DNA from: Octopus vulgaris | Taxonomy: Eukaryota | Direction: 5' to 3' | NCBI GenBank assembly: GCA_951406725.2 | Contig: OX597815.1 | Coordinates: forward strand, 68,200,001-68,264,000 | DNA length: 64,000 nt | Shown here: positions 24,710-36,558 of the stretch, one piece after another | How the letters are laid out: each line of letters opens with the position of its first letter | How positions within the stretch are numbered: position 1 is the first letter of the stretch | Notes under the pieces: model-generated | What the model saw: only the letters and a program-made list of their open reading frames with translations | Told to the model about the DNA's origin: nothing | Databases searched by the model: none | Translations under genes and position numbers: made by a program

Positions 24710-25680
24710 AGAATATGAGGGGGTTTAGCTCACTGGTGATCTAAATGAATAGGTACACTATGTAAGTGCTATAATTGGTCATCTGTTAGTTTCCACGTTC
24801 ACAGCTGAGGCTGGAGCTCGGGATCTATAGTAGGCTTCCGAGTTAGCAGGTATATATTAACGAAAAAACCCAATGCAGGATGAATGTCTCAAGTCATTTA
24901 GAATATTTAATTAGAGTAAGGTGAATTTAAAGTTATTAATTAGTTAATTAATCAATCAATCAATCAATCAATTAATTAATTATTGGATGTTTTAGAGCTG
25001 TTTCTAGGATATCCCAAGTGATAGGTTAGCATCTCCATACACTGAGTATTCTGTCTTCAGAGACATGGTGAGTATGTAGGAAAGTTCTAGACAGAATTCA
25101 CAGTGTATAAAGGAATAAAATAGTAGATAGAAGAATAAAGAGTAAAACAGTAGGTAGAAAAATACAGACAGGAGAATAAAGTTCATAGCTCATCTTCTTC
25201 TAGAGGGTTTGGAGGTTGGTCCATACTTCCATGAAGGTACAGCTCCTTAAGTATAAGGACAGTATTTTGAATATTACATTCATATTGAAGGAATAGATTA
25301 AGTGGTTAGCTGGTATGAAAATGGTCCATGTGGGTATATAGAGTGAGAAAGACAGGCATCATGATAGATAGATAGGGGTTGTGAGTGAGTGGATAGAAGA
25401 GAGAAAAGAAAGGAATGGGATAGGTGCAGGAGGGCGGGGATGAATGTGAATTTAAAGTAAAATAAAAAATAAAGATAAGATGCCAGTATTATTCTTCCTA
25501 TGGGTATGTTTGGGGTGAGAGATCAGGGTTTACGGGGGGTGGGGGTATAGTGGTGGAGGAAGGCATTTATGGTTATTGATTAAATAGATGAATTCTAGGT
25601 TTGGTGTGGTTAGAAAGAATATTTAGTTCAGTGGTCAGTAAGGATAGCTAAAATGCTAGAAATAGATGTCTAACTTAAGG
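24710..25680 (-). mobile_element. Penelope-like element remnant (same family as 22027-22583)
   Basis: 24710-24770 is the reverse complement of 22527-22583, and the region carries the homologous hammerhead. The extent beyond 25110 is inferred from highly decayed sequence. Confidence 0.5.
24987..25066 (-). ncRNA. Type I hammerhead ribozyme, partly decayed
   Basis: Minus strand: AUGUCU-CUGAAGA-CAGAAUACUCAGUG..CACUUGGGAUAUCCUA-GAAA-CAGCUC-UA-AAACAU. The core is intact; stem III has one mismatch relative to the 22.3 kb copy. Confidence 0.6.
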
Positions 25681-25693
25681 AATATATATATAT

Positions 25694-26626
25694 GACGTCC
25701 TTTTGGTGTCCTGTACTCATATATGCGTGCATATGTACATGTAGAGGTAGGTACGTACATATGTTTATATATATGCATATGTTTTATTTTATTTATTAAT
25801 ATATTATATGATGAAACGCATGCACCCCCTTAAGTAAGATTGTTCTTTATATCAAGTTTTTGTTCTTAATATTAACTTTGATACGTACTCTTAACCTTTC
25901 TGTCCCATCCCTTTCTCAGCCTTCATTCTGTGATTTCCTTTTCCTCTACTTGTCTCTTCCTCTCTCTCATTCTTCACTCTCTCTCTCCCCCTCTCCATTC
26001 TTCATGGTTTCCTCGCAGCCATTCCCCTTCTCTCCCTTTCTCTTGCTCCTCCTCCCCCCCTTCCCGTCGTTCACTTCCGCTGCTGTCTCTCTGGCCTGGC
26101 CCTCTCAAGGTAATGGACGACATTCTTTTTGCTCTGCTCGTCGTTCATAAAAAATTCTGCGTTCGCAATACTTTTTTTCGTTCGGCGTTAACAGCCCTTC
26201 TTATCTTGTTTTTCCTTGTCCTCTCTTTTACTGTTTATAATTTGTACTGTCGTTACTGTCCTGTTTTTGTTACCATTTTTTACCCCTCTGCGAAAAGATC
26301 TCAGAATTTTAATTGATTTGCTTTTCGCAGGAAGGAAAGTTTCTTGTCGAAGATATGTCTCACTTTTATCCTTCGAAACGTAGAGTAGATGAAACCTTTA
26401 GCGACTGAAGAAGGGTTTTTTTCTTTGTGTTAATTGTCCTGTACTCTATTTTGTTGCCGTTTTTAAAAAATGTCCAGTTCCTTTGGCTTGAGTCTATGTT
26501 TTCGTTTCTCATTGTGTTCGACGTCCTTTTGGTGTCCTGTACTCATATATGCGTGTATATGTACATGTAGAGGTAGGTACGTACATATATGTTTATATAT
26601 ATGCATATGTTTTATTTTATTTATTA

Positions 26627-26630
<4 letters not shown>
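25694..26630. mobile_element. Young non-coding element with ~110 bp terminal direct repeats (826 bp period) within (TA)n
   Basis: GACGTCCTTTTGGTGTCCTGTACTC...ATTAATATAT occurs at 25694 and 26520 nearly identically. The interior retains CpGs and has no credible ORF. Confidence 0.65.
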
Positions 26631-26689
<59 letters not shown>

Positions 26690-26959
26690 GGAATAAAAAT
26701 ACAATTAAATAGATAAAAGATTAAAAATTAACAAGGTTATTGCAGCCGGCTAGCTTCTAAGATACTTATGCTGATAGATGAAAGAAAAGAAGAAAAAAAC
26801 ATGACTGTGGATGTATATAGGCAAGTGTTATGCGTGTTGATTTTGCTTGCATTTTGATCTATGGAAGAACATAAAGGTACGATAGGACTTATATTTACAT
26901 GTAGAGAATGCTTCGTGTTGTTTATTGAGTAATTGTGGTGAATCATGAATTAAGATTTT

Positions 26960-29050
26960 GAGGGCTTCCTTCAGGCAGAGACCACATGTGGCCACCACTG
27001 CTTGACATCTATCTTTTAGAAAGTCATGCAGCCACTCCAAGTTTTCTAACTATGCGGAGATCATTCAGTTTGTAACATATCGTACCATGGTTGACTTTGT
27101 CAAAGGCTTTTGTAAAGTTGAGGTACATCATATCCACACTTAAATCATTTAGCAGCTGTTTTAACACCCAGTCGTAGTGTTGCAAGAGCTGTGTTAGGCA
27201 GCTTCCACCTAGTTGAAATCCATGCTGGGTGTCAGTCAGCAAGTAACTTTCTTCAAGAAATGCGATTAATTTTTTGCAGACTATTTGTTCCATGACTGCT
27301 TGTGTGTGAGGTCAGAGAGATAGGCCTATTATTTTTGCATTTGCTCTACTTCCTCCCTTATTGATAGGACATATTACCCCTTCCTTCAGTTTGTCTGGGA
27401 GCTACCACTTGCAAGAAAGCTCTGAAAAAGAAGCGGCAGTGGTTTTGCAGGGGCTCATTTGCACAATTTGAGAAGGATCACTGGGAATCCATCAGGGCCA
27501 GCAGCTGAGCTTGTGTCAACCTCATCTATGGCTAGTGCTGCATCTTCTTCAATGTTGATGTAACCAATTTTCATATCTTTGGTTACAAGTAAAGTGGCAA
27601 AGAATTCTGCTGGTTTGTTCACTTGCCTGTTTCCCAGAGGTGTAGTGAACACACTTTGGAAGAAGGGTCCTATCTTGTGGCGTATTGAGGCTGTTTCTTT
27701 AATTAAGTTAAAGAAGGCTTTAAGGTTTGACTTGATATTTTCTGTGACCCAAGCTTCCTTATCTGCTCTCTCCTTTTCCTGAGATTGATGCAGACTTTTC
27801 TCAGTCTCTAATAACACTATCTCCAGGTGAGACTTCTCACGACTTTTGTGGTGCTTGCTCAGGTGGTTCACAATTTTTGTCCGTCATCTCATAAGAATCT
27901 TCTTTTCCCTAGAGATCCTGTTTTTGTATATGTTGGCTCTACACACTGGGACAGATTTGTCACATATGGCTTGCATTATGGACATGAAATGTTTGTGTTT
28001 CATGTCAATGTCTGGTGTGGAGAGACATCTAGGCCAATCTTGTTTGAGGATCTTTCTCAATCAACTTCCAGTTTGCTTTATGAAAATTTAGTTTGGAGAG
28101 ATTTTGGGTGCTTTGCATTTGTTGTCCTCTTTAACAATTGTGCTTTTGGTCCGTACATAAGCAGCTCTATTATGTTGTGATCTGAGACCAGCGTCGATGT
28201 CACTTAAACATTATAGATAATGTCCATATTGTTTGTGAAGCAGAGATTCTGTATACTATTTACCCTGATTGGTTGCAGCACAGTTTGCTCCATGAAAGAA
28301 GCATTGGTAAGGTGGATCAGGGACTCTGCCTGTGCTTACTGGTGGTGTGTCATTCCTGGGAGCGTTTGGCCTCCAGGCCATCCCAGATTCCAAAAGGAAT
28401 ACACTGATTTGTTGTTCCAGTTTTGTGAGAACTTCTGTCTTTACTAGGCAGTCTTTAAACTTACCTGTATGATTTGGGGAACTACCATCACTGTTCGAGC
28501 AGTTCCCTTGCAGGTAAAATTTGCAGATGCTTCTGCTTTTGCCCTTGTAACTCCTGTAGATTTTGTTGAGGGTCTTCGGTTTTGTTCCAATGTTTTTTGT
28601 TCTTTTTCCCTTTCTTTATTCCTCATTCTTTGCTTCTGACAGCTTTTGTTCTGTCAGTTTTATGTTTGTCTTTTCCTTTTTCGACCCTCTCAAATCTTTG
28701 GTCTTCTAATGTGTTGGGGGCTGGGCCAGTATCATTGTTTCCCTCGTTTACAGGCCTCTCAGTTGTGGCTTTGGTTTTATTCTTTTGAGAGACTGCTGGG
28801 CCCTGGAGGCTATCTCTATCTTTCCTGTCATCCTTGGTGCAGCTGTTTTCCAGGATGATGCCAAGGGTATCCATGTGCTGTCTAATTAGAACATAGGAAT
28901 GGAGGAATTTGCATTTTTTCTGCTCTGTTTGGGCTGTGGTTCTGGGAAAGCTGCTGCAATGATGTTTTTGGAGGGATCTCCTGCAGCAGCAGTTCATACA
29001 AACAACTGCAATTCTTTTGTTGACCAATTCCATGACATCTATGCTAAGGG
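26960..29050 (-). mobile_element. CR1/L2-group LINE fragment (ORF1 remnant, endonuclease and RT pieces)
   Basis: QHGF..GSCLTQLLQHYD..YLNFTKAFDKVNHG; AAGPDGFPVILLKLCK; LCFTNNMDI..SDHNIIEL; CKFYLQGNC and CKFLH zinc-finger-like remnants upstream. Confidence 0.85.
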
Positions 29051-29140
29051 TGTGGGAGAGGGAGGGGAAAAGTGAGAGCAAAATAGAGAGACAGAGATAG
29101 GAAGACAGAGAGAAACAAGGAGCTCAACCTGAAGAGAAGC

Positions 29141-29175
<35 letters not shown>

Positions 29176-29379
29176 GATAAAAAGGGAGGGAAAAAGGGGA
29201 AAAAAATGACATGGGGAAAGATGAGACAGAGAAGGATGTGTTGTATAGTTATGAATGTGCAGACATATGTACATCCACACTGGCATAAACTTTACAGGAA
29301 GACAGAGAGAGGCAAATATATAGACAAGGATGAGAGAGAAAAGGAAAGATATATCAAATGAGTAACTCATATATATATA

Positions 29380-29650
29380 TGAGTTGCCAGCCTCGCCTGG
29401 CCCCCGTGCCGGTGGCACGTAAAAGCACCATCCGTTTGTGGCCGTTTGCCAGCTCCATCTGGCTCCTGTGCGGGTGGCACGTAAAAAGCACCCACTACAC
29501 TCGCGGAGTGGTTGGCGTTAGGAAGGGCATCCAGCCGTAGAAACACTGCCAGATCAGACTGGGCCTGATGCAGCCTTCTGGCTTCACAGACCCCAATTGA
29601 ACCATCCAACCCATGCTAGCATGGAAAACGGACGCTAAATGATGATGATG

Positions 29651-29688
<38 letters not shown>

Positions 29689-30240
29689 CACACACACACA
29701 CACACATACATGCACATGTACACATGAGAGTGTGTATGCATGTGTAAGTATATCTAAAAATATATTGTCCATTATAAAGTCGAAATTGTCTATAAATATA
29801 TTATATGATTAAACCAAATCAAAATCGATGAACATCAATGGAATTTGTATCTTTGTGGTACCAGTGCCGGTGGCACATAAGAAATCCATCCGAACGTGGC
29901 CGTAGCCAGTACCGCATCGACTGGCCTCCGTGCTGTGGGCACGTAGCAAACACCATCCGATCGTGGCCGTTCGCCAGCCTCGTCTGGCACCTGTGTCGGT
30001 GGTACATAAAAAACACCATCCGAGCATGGCCGTTCGCCAGCCTCGCCTGGCACCTGTGTCGGTGGCACATAAAATCACCCACTACACTCGCGGAGTGGTT
30101 GGCGTTAGGAAGGGCATCCAACTGTAGAAACACTGCCAGATCTGACTGGTCTGGTGCAGCCTTCAGGCTTCCCAGACCCCAGTTGAACCGTCCAACCCAT
30201 GCTAGCATGGAAAGCGGACGTTAAACGATGATGATGATGA
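29380..30240 (+). mobile_element. Two young RTE-tail insertions (29380-29650 and 29810-30240)
   Basis: CpG-intact copies of the RTE 3' UTR repeat units, ending in GGACGTTAAACGATGATGATG or a close variant. Confidence 0.8.
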
Positions 30241-30257
30241 TTATTATTATTATTATT

Positions 30258-30802
30258 GAGTGAGAGAGCAGTGCATGCCATCAAAGTGACAATGGGGTAA
30301 AATATACGAAGCCCAGATTACCCATCATGACTACCCGTCTGATAAGGGTACACTAGGCACATGCATCACAACCATAAGTGCGCGACATGGTGATCTCATA
30401 TCAAGATAAACAGCACATGACCTTGCGGGTGGCGGCTCAATTAGAATTTTCTTCTGGTCAAGTAACCCGTCCTGCTCAAAAGGTTCCTGAATAAGGGTTG
30501 TTGAACGAAACACCCATGTCCCCAGAGGTGAATTATTCAAACCCCAAAGAATCCCTCTCAACACGTGGCTATGATGCTCCCCCACTACTTCTGCTTGTGA
30601 TCAGAGATGCACATATCGTCAGTCACTAAGGGATATGCTCAACTGGTTAAGGTCAAACAACTGACAAGCAAATCTGTGGTATTGAGCAGAATATTTGCTG
30701 TAGCCCATTTTTTATACCATGACAAAACAATGTACATGATAACACTTCCAATCAGTATGATCAGAAGCCATGAGAGCCACTGCCTGGTACTGCATCAGGG
30801 CA
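30258..30802 (-). mobile_element. ~545 bp non-coding insertion within a (TAA)n microsatellite
   Basis: Sharp boundaries with (TTA)n on both sides, higher GC than the flanks and no credible ORF. Orientation is inferred. Confidence 0.5.
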
Positions 30803-30815
30803 ATTATTATTATTA

Positions 30816-30850
<35 letters not shown>

Positions 30851-31639
30851 AAGTGGGGTGGTCAGAAAAGGAAAATATACTAAAAAATAGTTTTGTCTTA
30901 CCTTCGGCTGGCTGAACAGAAAAAGTACTTGCAAGTTTGGAGACCATAATTTTGGAAGAAAATACAAGAATATGTATATACCAATGCAATTAAAGTGTTT
31001 TTATTTCTTTTATATATCCAAGTCAACACGTGTTCTTGGCAAAACATGTTGAAAAGAACTTGATTCTTTGACGTTGGATAGATTTTCCTTGTACCTGCAT
31101 ATAGTTTGATTGAAAGTGGAATATTCTTTTAAATATTGTGTATTGGTCATACTTTTGAGCTATATTTAACCTGAAGACCACTATACTTCTACTAACATCG
31201 ATCTCTTGGAGGATTATACAATGCTTTTTAGAGCTGATTAGTACACAGTTTAACAGCACGGTGCTATCTTGTATATATAAATGTATAAATTTTTAAAACA
31301 TTGATTAGAATGAAAAGCATTTCTGAATTGATTTCAATGCCTCTCATTAAAAATCGATGTATAAATTTGTTGTTGGTTTGCTGGCATAATTCTGGCCCCA
31401 ACTCTGTTCATGAAGCTCATTTGTATGGAGTTAAAATGTAGGACTTTGTGTAATCTATTTACTTGTAATCTGATAGCCATGCAACAAATCCATTTGTAAC
31501 TCATATCGCTAGGTATATAAATCTTGATCCACGTTCTTGTATGGAGAAACGGTTTAACACATTTTGTTTTATCATTTTCTTGACTGTTTCTTTTCCTTGT
31601 TAGTCCCTCAGTAAGTTTTCCACCATTCAAAGCTTTCTC

Positions 31640-31726
31640 TCTCTTTCTCTCTTTGCTGCTATTTCCATGCTCTTCAGCATATTCAATAACACATAACTTA
31701 AAGCCAGTGTCATAACTTGATTTCAA
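31640..31726 (-). pseudogene. Brinker-type DNA-binding domain fragment (pogo/POGK-like transposase N-terminus)
   Basis: KSSYDTGFKLCVIEYAEEHGN resembles the BrkDBD pattern SY...FKL.V...A...GN. Confidence 0.55.
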
Positions 31727-31853
31727 ACCCCCACCCCTTATATTGCTCAGTTTTGTTTCTAGTTTCCCTTTTCTCTCAGGAATACAAGTGAATTTTTTTC
31801 ATCTTATCTGTCAACAAATCTTTCAGTCTACAGATGTAAAGTCGAGACAAATA

Positions 31854-32349
31854 TCTATATCTATAAAAGGCAGGATGTGTGTGTGTGTGTACATACGTGA
31901 ATGTACTTTATGCATGTCCACAAATTAGCATGCATGTCACTCAAATTTTAGGGGGACATTGGTCACGATCATGGCTGTGCTTTTGTCAACTTATTTTTCC
32001 TGAGGCACCCTTTTACCAGTTTTCATGTTGGTGAAATTTGTAAGTTTGCTAACACGAGCTAAGTCCCCTGTCTTATAGATTAATTCACCCTACTACAATG
32101 CCTCCGAAAAAAATTAGATTTGAACTACCTAAGCAATCTCAGCATAGGAAAAGAGAAGCAGCTGAAGAGACTGACTATCAGCAGACCCATTAGTAAAATA
32201 TAACTTTTGGGGCCGAAACTTGGCAATAAGAGCTTGCAGATATTCCGCTACAAAACATTCAGTAATATCAAAGCAGTAACTTTCATAAATCAGGGTATAA
32301 TTTTTGGAGCCTCTTTCTGAACCCAGTCAACGACGGGTATTTCTGCTAG
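31854..32349 (+). mobile_element. Non-autonomous Helitron, complete ends
   Basis: A|TC 5' end (TCTATATCTATAAAAGGCAGGATGTGTG). The 3' end has a CCC-a-GTC-aac-GAC-GGG hairpin shortly upstream of CTAG|T. It is inserted between A and T with no TSD. Confidence 0.8.
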
Positions 32350-35300
32350 TGAGCAATATAATATGTATCATCACAGATGACTTAGTTTTGTAGCAAAATC
32401 AAATTCTCCACAAGCAATGGTGTTTGTTTTTGAGTGTGGCATTATTGTTTGTTGTCTCCAATACCAGTGTTCATGTAGACTGCATACTGACATGATCAAC
32501 CTGCTCTATAGTACATCATTCCATTTGTGTGTCTAGTAGATAAGGAGTTGAGTATGTGTTTATCTATACTGTGAATTTTAAACCTAGATCAACATTTGCT
32601 TGATAAGTTACAGGCAGTTTTTCATACTCTCTTGTTTAAGTGGCCTCCAACCTGCTATATCTATATAAAATTCTTTGTTTCTTTGTCTGTTCCCAATGCA
32701 TTCTCAAACGGCTCCATCAAATCAAATCAATTCAGCTAGTAAATATATATGGTTTTAGCACTATCATAGAAAATGTAAGATAGTGTAAGATAGTTCATTA
32801 GCCTGAACAGTAAGTGTTAATTAACTTCCACTGTACCACATGTGGCCACACTCTTGAAATAGTGGGAAATGTGTATCATTTAGTTTACATGTACAGTGCA
32901 CACTCCTAATTTAAAAATCTGGGGGAAAATGTATATATTATACATGAATAAATACAATAAATAATGAAGTCTGAGCATAGTGTATTAGAATTATGTTTTG
33001 TTTCCATTCAAATTGGTTGATTATACTAATATCAGCTTGGGCATCTTGTTCCTTTGTATCAGATTGGTAGATTCTTATTTTTAAGTAGTAAATAAATGCA
33101 GTCACTTAAATAGGCTGGTACGGGTGTGACAGCATAAAGTGGATTGTCGATAACAATCAGAAGTATATGTAGGTGTGCCATATAATGATGCTGAGTCTTA
33201 CTGTTTGGGTGGGGCTAACATTTTAAATGGCAGTTACTATGATGGAAGGTAACATTCTACAATTACATGATTAATATTAAAAAATATAAAAAAGCTACTT
33301 AGATTAAGGTAAATAGATGTATTTCTAGAAGTACCAAAATTATTCTTAAAACTGAAAATCTTTTCAGCAATGTATCTAGGTGCAAGTGTGAATGTGTGGT
33401 TAAGAAGTTTACTTCCCAACCACATAGTTTCAGGTTCAGTTCCACTGCATAGCACTTTGGGCAAGTATCTTCTGCTACAACTCGGGGCCAACCTAAGCCT
33501 TGTGAGTGAAGATTCAAATGTAAATATCTGATGGCTCTTTTTTACCATCATCAAAGCTTGATCCTTTTGACAAAGTGCATTTATAATACATGCAATTTGC
33601 TATATCAGTGAATAATGTGTTGTGAATGCGCATTATCTAAATGGAAAAGGCATTCTTCAATGATCATCAACAACATCAATCAGATATTCATATTCAAATC
33701 TGCCGGAACATATTAAGAATGAATAGATACATTATTATTGGATTCACATTGTTCTCCATGCACCCATGAATAAATTTTTTCTATTTTTTTATCAGTGTAA
33801 CAAAATTGTTTTTCAGTTTAAAAGTTCACATAAGTTATAAGAATTTGTGGGTTGAAAGTGGTTGGATTATGAATATAAGAACATAAGAACTGATACTTGC
33901 CAGTGATAAATTTGTCTGTTGTTGAAATATTTCCTGTGTTAGCATTGCTTTTCATTTCAATAAAGATTTATGCTCTAAAACAAGACTGTCAAACCTTCTG
34001 TAAATAAACAATTTTCTTCAATAAAATTCATAGTTTCCTGTTTTGATGTTACTGTAGCTAACAGGACTGACATGAAATTTCTTGCTGTAAACTAAAACTG
34101 AACACTTTCTCTTGCTTCCAGAATGTGTTGTTCATTAAATGATGGGAAAAACTTATCTGCTTCAAATATCATTTGTATAACAACTGTTGGCAGACAGGTA
34201 TTTTTATCACATAAAAATCTTGCATACCAATTATCAGAGCTGAAATAAGTTTACTTTTTCATCTGAATGCCTCCAGTTGATATAGTTAATTATGTGTCTT
34301 CTGTTGAGTGACAAGACTATGGAAGTTTATTTATAATAAATAAAGAAATAAAAAAAAAAGTAGATTACAAATTTCCAAAACTCCTTAGAGGTTGGTTGCA
34401 TTAGTGGTAGTGGTTAGACAGTTGGCTGTGTTTCCTTTACCATACGATACATTATGAAGGAAGACATACAATTTCACTGAATATTTCCAAATGTTTCATT
34501 TATTTTTAAGATCTATTATATATATGTGTGTGTGTGTGTGTGTGTAAACGGACATTAAAGGATGATGATATATACACAAATTTTTGTCTGCCCACTCCCA
34601 ATAGTCTAATTGTGGGTAGGTAATTATTGTTCCTGTATTTTAATTTTGAATCATGTCTGATATTCTGAAGACTTTGTTTTAAGAATGCTTTTGATATGTA
34701 TATTGTTCTGTAATATTAATTTCTTATGTAACATTTGGGTATTATATAATATATTAATTTGACTCATTATATAAATCCTATTTTACTTAATGAGCTCTTC
34801 ATTTATGGTAGACTTAACAGGATTTGAAACAGGTGGTGTTAATCAAAAACAATTATTGGGCTACTGGTGTTGGAGTTGATAATGTACCAACTTTAACTAT
34901 TAAATCATATGATGTTAAAATTTCCAATTTCATAGATACTGATTTAACACCACCACTACCACTGCTTAAAAAAAAAAATCAAGACATTTCATGTCTTTAC
35001 TGAATGAAAATCTTGTACAAACAATTTTTTTTCTAAAAACAAGTTGTTAGTAAATTTGGGATTTGGATTTCTATTTTAACCTCACTACTATAGCTGTGTT
35101 TTTATAATAATTTTTTTCTGGAAAAGCTTCCCAGTATTTTACAATATAATTTTTAATTCATTTAATGGACTCTTTCATGTTACATTCACTTAAATTTTAT
35201 ATTCAAACAATGCTTTAAAATTGAAAATAAGATGTTGTGTGTCTAATTGAATGGTCATTTTTTCATTTGTTTTAGGTTTTCAGTCTTTGTTTTAATTTTG

Positions 35301-36558
35301 ATATACTTTGGATTTAGTAAAGAAAGATATTCTTGATTTTCTTTTACAGTATTTTTATTATTTATTTCTTTTATATCCTTTTGATAAAAACAGCCTTTTT
35401 TTTTAAAAAAATGTTTAAAGCTTCATTTACTACTTATTCTTTCTTAACTTCTTGAATAACATTAAAAAAATGCAACACAAAATTACCTATGTTGTGTTTT
35501 CAATAAATTATTATTCTAATTATAAATAGAGGCAGTACCATAAAATGATGAGCTAGAGTTGAAGTTCTTGGATATTGACGTCAACTGTTCTGGTTAAAAA
35601 AAAATGTCACATGGTTAAGAAGCTCACTTAGCAACCACATGGTTCTAGGTTCAGTCCTGTCTCACTGCACAGTAACTTGGGCAAGTGTCATTTACTATAG
35701 CTCCAGACCAGACAATGCCTTGTGAGTGAATTTGGTAGACAGAAACTCTGAAAACCCATTGTGTGTGTGTGTGTATGCATGCATGCACATGTGCATGCTT
35801 CATTTGGTTTGCTTTTGTCTCCAACCAGTGCTTGATGGCTGGCCTAGGCTTGTTTTACAACTCAACAAAAGAGACCAATAGAATGAGTACCAAACTTGAA
35901 TAAATACTAGGGGTGAATTTATTCAACTTTAAGGCAGTGTCCTAGCTTGGTTGCAGTCCAGTGACTGAAACAAGATAAAAGATTCTAAATCTAATAATAT
36001 AAAACATCTAGTGTACAACTGCCTTGACTTCAATGGCCTAATGATAATAAAATTGATTTCCAATATTAGCTCTTTGGAACTGGTTTGGCTCATGCCGCCT
36101 CCATTCAGACATTCCCATCTTACTCATCTCTTCTCCCATCACCCTTGTTTTATTTAACCCCCCATCCTTTCACCAGGTCTCACACTAATCACTAGGTCCA
36201 GTCCTTCTCCAGAACATTGGCTACCTGGAATTATCTTGCTTATATGTCTTGTACATGTGTTGACTTTATAAAGGTTCAAGAACATTACTGTCATCGATCT
36301 CATTGGTCTTTGAGGGCCTTCAAAGCTAATTAGACTCTGCTCCTTTAAACCTCACAAGTTAAAAAAAAAATGCTAAACATTTTGATAGGACTGAAATTAA
36401 ATGAACTTCAGTACTGATTAATGATTTGTTTACTCTAGAGTGGATAAAGTCAGTGTCAACCATGGTGAGATTTAAACTCAGTCATAGATATTTTGCCATA
36501 AGAACATATATTTAAGGACAGTTTGAGAAGACATTGAGATGTGACAATTATACCATAA

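Noticed and set aside
29400-30120. Repeated ~30-bp units with intervening sequence resembling a CRISPR array
   Set aside because: The intervening sequences are homologous to each other, the units belong to the RTE LINE 3' UTR, the context is eukaryotic and there are no cas genes.
30897-30948. Minus-strand ATG..GAAG|gtaag mini-exon (MVSKLASTFSVQPAE)
   Set aside because: Good donor, but no recognisable homology or partner exons, and it lies among transposon debris.
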